IMG/VR virus record: IMGVR_UViG_3300038492_000247
Location: 1-30,370 of that record
DNA from: a virus
Lineage: Duplodnaviria > Caudoviricetes
DNA: 30,370 nucleotides
Strand: one strand, 5' to 3'
How positions within the stretch are numbered: position 1 is the stretch's first letter; the number at the start of each line of letters is the position of its first letter. Made by a program: the position numbers and the translations under genes. Positions 8,472 to 17,845 of the stretch are shown here, piece after piece. The notes beneath the pieces were generated by a model. That model did not search any database and was not told the origin of the DNA. It was given only the letters and a program-made list of their open reading frames with translations.

Positions 8472-11400
8472 TTGCTTGACTTCGGTGTGACCCGCAACAA
8501 ATGGTTGATGACCGCGATGGGCTCCTCTGGAGCGAAGTTCGACATCACGATCTGCTCGAAATTGTAAATACGCCGCCCGACCGGTCTGGTCTGGCGACCC
8601 CGATTGTAGTCCATGAGAAAGCGGCGTCCCTCGCCCGTCTCCTGAGTCACCGGATCGATCACCGTCAACTCCTCATCATCCGTCAACTGGAAGTCTGGAC
8701 GAATCTCCACCCGTAGCTTACTGGCAAACTCCTCGATACGGTGAACCAGGATCTGGCTCCAGTCCCGCTTCAGATGATCGTCCGTCCCGTAATTGTTGGG
8801 CTTGAAGACACATCGGAACTCGATTGCCCCGATCATGTAGTCATCGCCCACCGCAGGCGTCTCCGAGGCCCATGGAGGGGTCACGTAGAGGCGGGTTGCA
8901 GTAGCGGCGTAGACGAAACGCTGGGTCCAGGGGTCATCCAGAGCTGCGTTGGCGGGACGAGTGAAGACGCAGGCGCCTGCCATCCCGAGGTCGTCTCCGT
9001 CTAGCGAGCCAGACAGGCCTTCCAGGCCGGAGAGCCCGGCCAAGCCGGGAACGCCACCGTTTAGGAAAGCTGCCCCGGAGTCCTCCAGGAAGGAAGCACC
9101 ACCATCCTCGCCCGCCGCCGTCGCAGAACCACGAACTGTCCCCGTCGCGTTCGGGAACCCGACACCATCCGTGTCCCCTACGTCGTAGATCCATACGAAC
9201 CCGTTCGTATCGCCAAGATAGACCCTCTCGTTTCCGTCAGCGTCCTTACCGACCACCATCGACTGGAACTCCTGGCAGAACTCCAGGAGCGTGATGTTCT
9301 TCAGCTTGATATCCCACACCAGCATCAGGCTGGCCCCACGATCAGTCTTCACTGTCGGTAGGAGGAGCAGGTACTGCTCCCGCTTGGGATAAAAGACACC
9401 GACTGCATCGATGACCCTTCCGTTGCGGTCACGCCGAACATAGTTGGGGTTGGAAGGGTTGATGAACAAGTCGTTCATCTGGTCCGATTCTGGCACATGC
9501 CTGACTGTGCGACCGTCGTAGAGGGCAAGGCCTCTATCACTCAGCCAAACCGAACCTGATTCGACTTGCGCGAAGGATCTCGGTGCGATGCAGCCGATGT
9601 CCGAGCTGATTCTAGCAGGAACGATAACCTCTGTGCCTGGAATCGACCGGAACCGAAGCACGTAGGTCTTGTTCCTCTTGCAGATCACCAAGCTATCGAA
9701 GTTGCTGACCGCTCCGATGATCCGATCCCCGTCACCTGGCTCGATGTCCAGGAAGTTGGCTGCTGGCCAACACTCAGGCTCCAACGGCTCGCTGTAATAG
9801 AGACGGTTCGGTCGACCGCAGATGGTGTAGGAGAGCCCCGTATCCGAAGCGTCCTCATACTCATCAACCAGCTTGAGCCTGGCGATAGGAGGAGAAGTGC
9901 CAGCGACTGGCGGGAGTACGCGCAAGATTTCGTACGCCCGACAGTCGCCAGCTAGCTGAATGAACTTGCCCTCCAGACAACGGTCCCACACGACAGCGCC
10001 ATCACCCGTCACGATGTCGCTGCCAGACACCACGGATACTGTGCCTGCAGGAGTCAAGTTGGGAATGTCGCCCATTCCGAATAGCCGGTTACGGAAGTCC
10101 ACAACGACCGGAACGCACGGCATTGGTGCGTTCAGGAGCGACAAACCTTCATTCAGAAAGTCTAGTTCGGAATCTGCTACCGTGTCTTCGAACGTGCTCG
10201 CAAGGTCCGGGTCAAAGCAACCAACCTTCGCCATGACTGGGAAATCACCGCTCTCCACAGTGCGGTAAATGCAGATCTCACAGATCTGATCATCAGCCGG
10301 AATCCTCACTCCCGCAAAGGAGAGAGTGACTTTAGCCGCTGGAGAAGCCCCAGTGGTGTCGACTTCAATGTCGTCGAGGTTGGGGTCGGACTCTTTGCCT
10401 GTGCAGCAGTTTCGGAAGGTGTATCGGTAGACGTAGGATCCTGCTTCGAGTCCTCCTGTCGGCGACGCAACCGAGCTTTCCACGACAAAGCTAGGTGTCT
10501 CGCCCTCGAATGGCGTCGGTACTCCGGCATCTTCAATCGCTCCTGACTGACCAAAGGCTCTCGGGTTGAACTTCTTGGGAAGAGTCGACCCGTTCGTGAT
10601 AACCAAAATGCCGGGGTCCCCCAACCCTGCACTCGTCGAAGCACAGCCGTCTGGGTTGAAGGCCCCGGTCTCGAAGAGGGGTCCTAGATCAAGGAACTCA
10701 CTGTTGGGAAGATCTAGCGCGTACGCAAGGGTCGCGTGCCCCGGCAAGTCCGTCGTTCCAGTGGTCCAAGACAGGCCCCCGAATATCTGCGTCATCTTCC
10801 GCTTGCCAGCCAGGTTGATCGGGTCATTGGCTGTCAGCGTCGCGTAGGCAAGCTTGAACGCCACTGTGGCGTCCGGTGTCGAACTGATCTGCGGCTGAAT
10901 CACTGCGTTGAACGCAGAAGACGAAACGTCCTCATCCAACATCGCGTTGATGTTGATCTCGATCTCGCTATCGTTGTTCGAGCTTCGGTGGTTGATGCCA
11001 CTCATGAACCGGTTCGCAATGAACCGTTCTTCTGGCATCGATTGATACCAGAGGGGATCGAACAATCCCTCAGCCTTGTGGTAGGTGTCCGGTGGAGGTG
11101 GCGATCCAGGAAACTCGTTCGGGACGAGAGGTGATGGCCCTGCGGTGTGGAATGCTACTGTGCGATTGCAGTTCCTCTGAATGATCTCGAAGTACCCGTA
11201 TGGAATCGCTTGGTTCCCACCGGTTTCCGACCGGAATCGGATCGCAAGGTTGTCACCATCCTGAATGGATGAGAAGAAATCACTGGACCTTGCGTAGAGA
11301 GTAAACGATCCGGTTTGCAGATTGGTCAACCTCTCCGTGTATCGAACCGTCTCGTTCGTGGTGTCATCCTCCAAGTGGACGATGTTGATCGTAAAATCTC

Positions 11401-12259
11401 CGCCAGTGGTGGTGAAGATCTGACGAACCACCACTCGGACCTCCAGAGTCGCTCCATCCCACTCATCTGCCTGGTAAGTCCAAATGTTCGAGCTAACCGG
11501 AGTGAACGATCCACTGATGATCACTCCACCCGGAAGCCTGGCCGGAGTGACAGGCACATGCATGCACGTGTTGTTCTCAGTCGCTGGGGCCTGCACAACA
11601 GCAATCCCACATGCAATGAGCATCGGGATGTTGTTGATGTTCCCAGTGCCTGCCTCCAGCCAAGTCCCACCATCCGTGCGCTCAACCGCGACTCGGTACC
11701 CGACCATCTCATCCAGATCAGCACCAGAAGCGACCCCATCCCAATCGATGAAGAACGGAGCGCTGCCAGCCTCAAATCGATCAAACTCCGTCCACACCAT
11801 CTGAGCGCCCGGAGTATCCAGGGCTGAGAATTGGATCGTCGTGATCGAGTTGCCTTTGTTGATGAAATCGTAGAATGCGGCCTCTGCAACAGGACTTCCG
11901 ACTGCCCAAAGATCACCTGTTCCAGCAGTGATCTGGATAGTTCCTTCCGGCAGAGAGATGGAGTCCAACCCTGCGATCGTCGACGTGCTGGTGGAGGATG
12001 GGGAAACGCGAAGCCTGACCGGTGCAGCAAGGTTTCCGCCGCTCGTCTCATGGCGGAACGAGCACCAAAACACCACCTTCCTGACCTGGCTGTAGCGTGC
12101 CGGGGAGACGATGAGCCGACCGGCGTCTGAGGTGTACGCAAGACTGCCTGCAGTCGTTGAGATGATCCCCCCAGAGACCATGAAGTCGTTACCCAGCCCA
12201 AACGACGTGGGCAGGATCGCGATCATGTTCGATGCAGGGTATCGAATCCCAAGAACCAT
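8468..12259 (-). CDS. Tail nozzle / stabilisation protein (T7 gp12 / P22 gp10-like beta-propeller) with ~550-aa N-terminal extra region
   Basis: C-terminal ~715 aa carry nozzle-type motifs: ILVITNG, FRNRLFG, NRLYYSEP..PECWP, DSLVICKRNKTY, IGCIAPRSFAQV, VWLSDRGLALYDG. Confidence 0.75.
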   Translation of the reverse strand: MVLGIRYPASNMIAILPTSFGLGNDFMVSGGIISTTAGSLAYTSDAGRLIVSPARYSQVRKVVFWCSFRHETSGGNLAAPVRLRVSPSSTSTSTIAGLDSISLPEGTIQITAGTGDLWAVGSPVAEAAFYDFINKGNSITTIQFSALDTPGAQMVWTEFDRFEAGSAPFFIDWDGVASGADLDEMVGYRVAVERTDGGTWLEAGTGNINNIPMLIACGIAVVQAPATENNTCMHVPVTPARLPGGVIISGSFTPVSSNIWTYQADEWDGATLEVRVVVRQIFTTTGGDFTINIVHLEDDTTNETVRYTERLTNLQTGSFTLYARSSDFFSSIQDGDNLAIRFRSETGGNQAIPYGYFEIIQRNCNRTVAFHTAGPSPLVPNEFPGSPPPPDTYHKAEGLFDPLWYQSMPEERFIANRFMSGINHRSSNNDSEIEININAMLDEDVSSSAFNAVIQPQISSTPDATVAFKLAYATLTANDPINLAGKRKMTQIFGGLSWTTGTTDLPGHATLAYALDLPNSEFLDLGPLFETGAFNPDGCASTSAGLGDPGILVITNGSTLPKKFNPRAFGQSGAIEDAGVPTPFEGETPSFVVESSVASPTGGLEAGSYVYRYTFRNCCTGKESDPNLDDIEVDTTGASPAAKVTLSFAGVRIPADDQICEICIYRTVESGDFPVMAKVGCFDPDLASTFEDTVADSELDFLNEGLSLLNAPMPCVPVVVDFRNRLFGMGDIPNLTPAGTVSVVSGSDIVTGDGAVVWDRCLEGKFIQLAGDCRAYEILRVLPPVAGTSPPIARLKLVDEYEDASDTGLSYTICGRPNRLYYSEPLEPECWPAANFLDIEPGDGDRIIGAVSNFDSLVICKRNKTYVLRFRSIPGTEVIVPARISSDIGCIAPRSFAQVESGSVWLSDRGLALYDGRTVRHVPESDQMNDLFINPSNPNYVRRDRNGRVIDAVGVFYPKREQYLLLLPTVKTDRGASLMLVWDIKLKNITLLEFCQEFQSMVVGKDADGNERVYLGDTNGFVWIYDVGDTDGVGFPNATGTVRGSATAAGEDGGASFLEDSGAAFLNGGVPGLAGLSGLEGLSGSLDGDDLGMAGACVFTRPANAALDDPWTQRFVYAATATRLYVTPPWASETPAVGDDYMIGAIEFRCVFKPNNYGTDDHLKRDWSQILVHRIEEFASKLRVEIRPDFQLTDDEELTVIDPVTQETGEGRRFLMDYNRGRQTRPVGRRIYNFEQIVMSNFAPEEPIAVINHLLRVTPKSSK

Positions 12260-13167
12260 CAGGCGACCCCTCCGAACACCTGCTCAATCTCTGGAACTCC
12301 AGTGTCCTCATCCTCACGGGTCAACCCGATAGCGCTGAACTGGCCAAGAGCAGAATCCTGTAGTTCGTTGATCGTGCCAGTCACCGTGACCTGTGTCGCG
12401 CCGACAGGGATGACCCTAGCCGATGCCGTGAACGTGCTTGAGCCCACGGAGTAGGAGATGCGAAGGAAGCCGTTGGCGACGTTGCCGCCGCCGAGGTTGG
12501 ACTCTGCTAGTGTCGTGCGCACGCCACTCTGCACGTATTGAAGCAGAACCTTGTATTCCGTTGCCGAGTTCACCACGCTCGCTATCAGATAACTCTGTCC
12601 GTCGTTCGATCGCTTGATCACCGCGGACGCCACCTGCTTGCTTACCTGCGCGTCCATCCGATATTGGATCTCGATGAAGTAGCTAGTCAGCACAGACTGC
12701 TTGAACCACTGCATGAGGTCCGCAGTCGGAACGAAGTCGCCATTCGACTCCGTTGCCGTGACACGGAGGCGCAAAGCGCCAAGGAACGCCTGGTAGTCGT
12801 CGGTGTTCGTCCACCTAGTGGTGTCCAGGGTTTCGAAGTCGTCGAATGGCAAGGAATCCGACCCAAGAAACTCTGGGATGTCGAACGGCTGGCGGACCTT
12901 GATGCTGTCCTCGTCAGCAACAACGATGTACTCGACCCCGCACTCGTCGGTGTACTTGAACAGACCGCACACCACCCCAGAGAATCGTTCGTCGATCCCT
13001 CTGATCAGGCCCTTCCGCTTCTCTAGCAGATCAGCTTCGTTGATGATCGCATTGATCGACCCATCCTCCAGCTGACCTGATCCAGGATCGAGGATGCCTC
13101 CACGTGTGTTCAATCCTGGCCATGGTTGGCCCTGAGGTCGCAACGGGAACTCTTGCCACTTCGTCAT
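12259..13167 (-). CDS. Tail protein: nozzle-like N-terminal segment fused to a beta-sandwich (lectin-like) domain
   Basis: Begins PGLNTRGG...SINAIINEADLLEKRKG, resembling the GLN..N..KRxG start of nozzle proteins, followed by a DDFETLDTTRWT beta-rich domain. Confidence 0.6.
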   Translation of the reverse strand: MTKWQEFPLRPQGQPWPGLNTRGGILDPGSGQLEDGSINAIINEADLLEKRKGLIRGIDERFSGVVCGLFKYTDECGVEYIVVADEDSIKVRQPFDIPEFLGSDSLPFDDFETLDTTRWTNTDDYQAFLGALRLRVTATESNGDFVPTADLMQWFKQSVLTSYFIEIQYRMDAQVSKQVASAVIKRSNDGQSYLIASVVNSATEYKVLLQYVQSGVRTTLAESNLGGGNVANGFLRISYSVGSSTFTASARVIPVGATQVTVTGTINELQDSALGQFSAIGLTREDEDTGVPEIEQVFGGVA

Positions 13168-14846
13168 TAGAACAACACGAACGACTCAAGCTGGGTGGAA
13201 CGGAGAAGGGGGATGCGAGAACGCGCGTCAGGCCGAATCACATCACCTGCGCTACGAGCAATAGTGTGCTCGCCTGCCACCTTACGATTGTTCGCACGAC
13301 GCAAATCTCGAAGCTTGCTCTGATACACACCAGCAAAACGTTGGGCGTTAGCATCGTCCGTATCCAGCAGCATCGCGTGAGCCGCTGCCCCATAGGTAAG
13401 CACATCAACATGTTCCTGTGGGATCAGAGGGATCTGAATGTCTGGCTCATCCGGGTAGATCTGTCTCGCGAAATACTCGACGATGATGTGAGGATCTTCC
13501 TCGTCAGATGGAACCGTCGCGATGGAGCCATCAGCCGGCACCGGAAACAGTCTGATCTGCTTACGACTGTTCGGCCCTGTTTCGGCTGTCGTGTATATCG
13601 TTGGTCGACCGTTGGAGCGATCGACGCCACCAAGGCGCTGGTGGAAGTCCCACGACGTCATACCCATCAGTGGAGGGTTGTTCCAGTTGCCTGGTCTGAC
13701 GTATTCGATCTCCCCAAGGTCCTCTGGCAACTCGTAAATATCAACCTCATCAGCTAGGTAGATCTTCGAGCTTCGGCGGATCCAGTCGAAGTAGCCTTCC
13801 TTGCGTAGAATGTCAGACTCTGCCTCCACCACAAAGCGAAGGTAGGTATCGAATTTGGTCTGACCACCCGTGGTCGCTGTGTACTTCGCATCCCCATTCT
13901 TCTCGACCAGGAGAATCGTTCGGTTCACGACCTCTCGATACGTATAGAAACTCCCGGGCGTGACCCGCACCGGTCGACGGACATCGCTAAACGTTGCGAC
14001 CGAAAACAGGCCACACCGCAGGAGTGACAACCCGGCAAGACTGAAAGGACTGACACCAGCAGGCTGCGCAGCTAGCGTCGCACTCAGGAATTCGAATCCC
14101 GGGAGTCCAATGATTCCCCACAACGGATCTTGCCTATCCGTGTGGGTCAGCTTCGCCTGATTGAGATTCCGATCGTTGAGGTAAACCTCAAGAATGACCT
14201 CGTTGTCCTGCCTGCGGATGCGCAGACGCATGTCCTGCCAGAACCCCTTGTAAGGCAGGATATCACCAACGGTGTAGTTGCTGACGTCGAAGTTTGGATC
14301 GAGGTTTAGATCATCGGGTCCAAGTGTCACTTGAGCCAAGACAACCATTCCGTCCACTTCCGTGGACGACGGTCGGCTTGATCCTGGCAGCCTCTTCAGA
14401 GGCATGAACTTGATGATCTTCAGGATCGGCGCAGAACCATCAAGCGGAAATGTGACTCGCGCGCCATAGCCCTGGTCGTAGCAACTGGGATCCTCCTCAA
14501 CGCCAAGATCGTAGAGGACAGGGTCCTTGGTCATCCTCGCCAAAGACGAGAAGCTTGGTGGCTGCGTCACACCCGACGGAAGGGATGAGGCGTCGGCACC
14601 GTCGTGAGACCACATCGTCCGAACCACGTAGTCCGGACCATTCATCGTTTCGTTCGTATAGAAGACCTGCGTCTTCTGCGCCGTCACGTCGTCAGGGAGG
14701 ATCGGTGATACGCCGGACACAATCTGAGTCGCGTCAATGGGGATGACCGCCTCGTCGCTGATCTGAACCCCACCGCATGCCACCGTGTAGTTAGTGCCGA
14801 TGCCTCCATCAGTTCGATCGAACTTGTCTATGAACCGGTAGGTCAT
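13167..14846 (-). CDS. Head-tail adaptor (tail tubular protein A-like) with ~300-aa N-terminal extension
   Basis: Start moved to ATG 14846 (TGATG overlap). C-terminal half: TYREVVNR..EAESDI..YELPEDL..GRPTIY..IRLFPVP..PLIPQEHVDVLTYGA, an adaptor-family pattern. Confidence 0.75.
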   Translation of the reverse strand: MTYRFIDKFDRTDGGIGTNYTVACGGVQISDEAVIPIDATQIVSGVSPILPDDVTAQKTQVFYTNETMNGPDYVVRTMWSHDGADASSLPSGVTQPPSFSSLARMTKDPVLYDLGVEEDPSCYDQGYGARVTFPLDGSAPILKIIKFMPLKRLPGSSRPSSTEVDGMVVLAQVTLGPDDLNLDPNFDVSNYTVGDILPYKGFWQDMRLRIRRQDNEVILEVYLNDRNLNQAKLTHTDRQDPLWGIIGLPGFEFLSATLAAQPAGVSPFSLAGLSLLRCGLFSVATFSDVRRPVRVTPGSFYTYREVVNRTILLVEKNGDAKYTATTGGQTKFDTYLRFVVEAESDILRKEGYFDWIRRSSKIYLADEVDIYELPEDLGEIEYVRPGNWNNPPLMGMTSWDFHQRLGGVDRSNGRPTIYTTAETGPNSRKQIRLFPVPADGSIATVPSDEEDPHIIVEYFARQIYPDEPDIQIPLIPQEHVDVLTYGAAAHAMLLDTDDANAQRFAGVYQSKLRDLRRANNRKVAGEHTIARSAGDVIRPDARSRIPLLRSTQLESFVLF

Positions 14847-15271
14847 CAGTCCACCTTGCAATCCTTGTGCTTGCGCATGTTAGTCGAATCGCGCCAGTAG
14901 TCCTTGTCGCCAGTCTCCTTGATCTTCCCGTGGTAAAGGTCGGCTGGCACAGAGTGCGTGTGCCGGAACGACCCCTTGTTGCCACCGTCAGCCAGCAGCG
15001 ATCGGCGCTCTCGAATGTGATCGTCGAACTTCTTTTCCTCCTTGGCAGCCTGCCGCTGGCTCATGCCATTGGCGTTCCTAGCCACACGCTTGCCAACCGG
15101 CACATGGTTGTGGTCACGGCACATGGAGGTGTCAATCATCGGAATGTCTGTCCTCCAGTCCCTGTGCATCCTCTTCCCGCAATTGCAGATCACCATCTTC
15201 GGTGGTCCGTCATGGATGGATGCACGAACCTTCCGAGAGGACCCGCACTCGCATTTGAAGTTGTAGATCAT
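14846..15271 (-). CDS. FmdB-like zinc-ribbon protein
   Basis: MIYNFKCECG...VICNCGKRMHR; ATG 15271 preceded by an AAGGTGA Shine-Dalgarno-like sequence. Confidence 0.7.
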   Translation of the reverse strand: MIYNFKCECGSSRKVRASIHDGPPKMVICNCGKRMHRDWRTDIPMIDTSMCRDHNHVPVGKRVARNANGMSQRQAAKEEKKFDDHIRERRSLLADGGNKGSFRHTHSVPADLYHGKIKETGDKDYWRDSTNMRKHKDCKVD

Positions 15272-15318
15272 TTCCGACCAATCACCTTGGCGCGACCGCA
15301 CCCACGCTTCCTACCACC

Positions 15319-15447
15319 TCAACCAAACCCCTTCTTGATGACGTTCTTGACTTGTCGCCACCTACAGGAGGTGCAGCGGAGAGAGAGCCTTATCTTGCTC
15401 CTCTCCGCCTTCACCGGCGCGTCACACTTTGGGCAAACGCGCGCCAT
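15319..15447 (-). CDS. 42-aa basic zinc-ribbon microprotein
   Basis: Manual translation MARVCPKCDAPVKAERSKIRLSLRCTSCRWRQVKNVIKKGFG; two CxxC pairs; starts 3 nt after the capsid stop and fills the gap. Confidence 0.65.
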   Translation of the reverse strand: MARVCPKCDAPVKAERSKIRLSLRCTSCRWRQVKNVIKKGFG

Positions 15448-15450
15448 CAC

Positions 15451-16479
15451 CTACGGGCAACCAGCAACGCCAGTGCAAAGATCAGTGATGTATCCGATTG
15501 CGTTGGGGGCCAAAACCTCTAGGGTTCCCTCCCATTCCACCATGCCCTTGGTCGAGGAGCCAACCTTGGCCAGCTCAACGGACAAGACAGGGCGAAGAAC
15601 CGCGATCCGAAGCTTATCAACCTCAGCGAAACTGATGCGATCGCTCTTCTGATAGCGATGCAGGTAAATGCGCTGAGTGCCGAAGTCGCTTTGATAGAAG
15701 TCGACAGTGTTGATCACGGTGCGATCAGCAGTGTCGATGTTGTACCGAACGTTGGAGTTCGGATTCAGGGTCAAGTTCGACATCGACCGCTTTTGGCCCG
15801 AGTTGGCCCAAACAGTGTCGGTCATCGCACCCTTCTCCCACATGTCCTCCAAATGAGCATTCAGGATGCACTCGTCGATGCAGTCATCAGGCGAGGAACC
15901 AGACACTGTGGTCACAGTGCCCATCTCATCGGCACCGAGACCAAGCGTCGTGGCGCAAGTCGGATCAGACGCTGCCGCATAAGCGTAGAACCCATCCATC
16001 TTGCGTGGCAGCACACCACCCGAGTTACCTTGCGCGGTCTGCGACTGGCGCTCCGAGTGGACCAACGCGAACTCGATGAACCGCGCCAGCTCCATCGATG
16101 CCTTGCGCAACTGATACACGTACTCGTCGCGAAGACCGGCCGTGTTGATATCGCGCTGCGTATCCGAGACGTCAAACGTCCGACGGATAATGTGGGTCAG
16201 GTTGCAAAGGCGCTTACGGGGCACCAACGCATCGAAGGTCGCATCGCTACCTTCCGCAGTCGCCTGAACGTCAGTGTTGCCAACATCTGGATCGCCAAAG
16301 GAAGCAAGGATGTCGACCAGCCACTCGTGCGAGATGTTGCTAGCGGGGACCTTCTCGAAGCCCGATAGGTACAGAGTGTCCATCGGGGAAATGTTCGTGA
16401 TGATGTCCAACAGGTCTTCACGGTTACCTGTTCCGACATCGAAGGAGTTCAGCACTCCTAAGCTGTCAACGAATGTCAT
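15451..16479 (-). CDS. Major capsid protein (HK97 fold, SU10/DUF5309-like)
   Basis: 342 aa with GNREDLLDIITNISPMDT, HEWLVDIL, NLTHIIRRTFDVSDT, YQSDFG and LAKVGSSTKGMVEWEGTLEV; directly follows the scaffold gene. Confidence 0.92.
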   Translation of the reverse strand: MTFVDSLGVLNSFDVGTGNREDLLDIITNISPMDTLYLSGFEKVPASNISHEWLVDILASFGDPDVGNTDVQATAEGSDATFDALVPRKRLCNLTHIIRRTFDVSDTQRDINTAGLRDEYVYQLRKASMELARFIEFALVHSERQSQTAQGNSGGVLPRKMDGFYAYAAASDPTCATTLGLGADEMGTVTTVSGSSPDDCIDECILNAHLEDMWEKGAMTDTVWANSGQKRSMSNLTLNPNSNVRYNIDTADRTVINTVDFYQSDFGTQRIYLHRYQKSDRISFAEVDKLRIAVLRPVLSVELAKVGSSTKGMVEWEGTLEVLAPNAIGYITDLCTGVAGCP

Positions 16480-16518
16480 TGTCTCAGTTTGGGAAAGGGG
16501 TGAGACGGCCCCCGCCAG

Positions 16519-17508
16519 CTATCTACCTGGCAACTTGTGACTCAATCGATTTGCCAAATGCTGTGTCATCAACCTATCGCCAGCCTTGCGTTCGGCAGGG
16601 TCTTGCGACCTACGAAGACGAGCAACTTGCTCCATCTCCTGCCTAAGCTCTTCTTCTGGGCTGCTCTTCGATTCTTGTTGTGGCACATACCTGGGCTGCG
16701 ACTGGACCCCGTTGCCTGGTGGGACAATTGGTGGGACCGCTGCCGCGCTCGCCTGGCTCTGAGTTACAAGCTCGTCGTCTTTCGCAACTGCGCGAAAAGC
16801 CTGCTCGATCGAACACGCCGGATTGCTCTGGCGGAAGGTGTCGATGAGGGCCCCGTGAATCTCAACATCGAATGCCGGGTAGCGTTGCGATAGCTCCACC
16901 AACTCAGCATGCCTGTTCTTCTCGTCCAAGGTCTGCAAATGGGGCATGATCCTTCCCACAATCCGTTGCTCGGCCTGAGCTAGTAGCTCATTCATCCGAG
17001 CATCCTGCAGGACTTGCATGCGTGTCTCTGGATCCAGGTTGTCCAGGTTCTCCTGGATCATCCTATTGTGCTGCTCCTCCAGCGCTTGAAGCCGTGTCTG
17101 CATCTGGCCGATTGTCTCGTCCTTCTGCTTCCCACCTTCCTGCGCCTGCTGCAGTTCTTGGGACGTTTGTCGCAGTCGATCTATGAGTTCCGAAATGCGC
17201 CGTTCTGCGTTCGGAGTTACTTGCTCCGCCTCGACCTGCGGTGGTGGTGCCTCGACCGGCTGAGGGGCCGGCTGGGATTGAGCCATCTCCTGCTGAGCTT
17301 GCTGCTGTTGCTGCGCCCTCAGCTGGTCATGCGCCATCCTCGCGTAGGATCCCTCCGGAGGAGGGGCCGCCGGCGGCCGTCCATCTGGTCCTACCTGAAC
17401 TGGATTCGCATCAGCGATATCCGCCCCCTTCTTCTGAAGCGCTTGCCTCAGCTGAAGGGCCGCATTGTCTGCTCGCGCGTCGAATTGGCTTTGTGATTCC
17501 TCGGCCAT
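16519..17508 (-). CDS. Capsid scaffolding protein
   Basis: 329 aa, acidic and Q/P-rich N-terminus, long coiled coil (AERRISELIDRLRQ...), immediately upstream of the capsid gene. Confidence 0.75.
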   Translation of the reverse strand: MAEESQSQFDARADNAALQLRQALQKKGADIADANPVQVGPDGRPPAAPPPEGSYARMAHDQLRAQQQQQAQQEMAQSQPAPQPVEAPPPQVEAEQVTPNAERRISELIDRLRQTSQELQQAQEGGKQKDETIGQMQTRLQALEEQHNRMIQENLDNLDPETRMQVLQDARMNELLAQAEQRIVGRIMPHLQTLDEKNRHAELVELSQRYPAFDVEIHGALIDTFRQSNPACSIEQAFRAVAKDDELVTQSQASAAAVPPIVPPGNGVQSQPRYVPQQESKSSPEEELRQEMEQVARLRRSQDPAERKAGDRLMTQHLANRLSHKLPGR

Positions 17509-17623
17509 GTCTGTTCTTGTTTTCGACGGAGCACGACTCCCGTCACGCCTTCAGTGCCAACACCGCCCCGAACCGGTTACAGAGGAATGGTGGGCGACCC
17601 TTTCAGCCGGCCTGCCCAGATTG

Positions 17624-17845
17624 CTAACTTGAACTGTTGCCGCTTCCGTAGCCAACCAAGTTGTCGTTACCGCTGTGCTCACCACAGGACTTGTAGTGAT
17701 AGTTCACGGACGACGCGTGGTAGCTACTACGAGTCTTGCTGCTCGTCGCATTCATGGTTGCCCGATAACCCATCGGACGACTCAGAGCTTTGGCGTTGTC
17801 TCCACCCTTGGACTTCGCGCCTCCAGCACCTTCGTAATTGCTCAT
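17624..17845 (-). CDS. Small G/S-rich hypothetical protein
   Basis: 73 aa, ATGA overlap and GAGGTG SD. Confidence 0.6.
   Translation of the reverse strand: MSNYEGAGGAKSKGGDNAKALSRPMGYRATMNATSSKTRSSYHASSVNYHYKSCGEHSGNDNLVGYGSGNSSS

Noticed and set aside
8468-16479. Cysteine enrichment in nozzle (about 20) and capsid (6) suggesting a disulfide-linked virion
   Set aside because: The frequency is only about 2 percent and pairing cannot be judged without structures.
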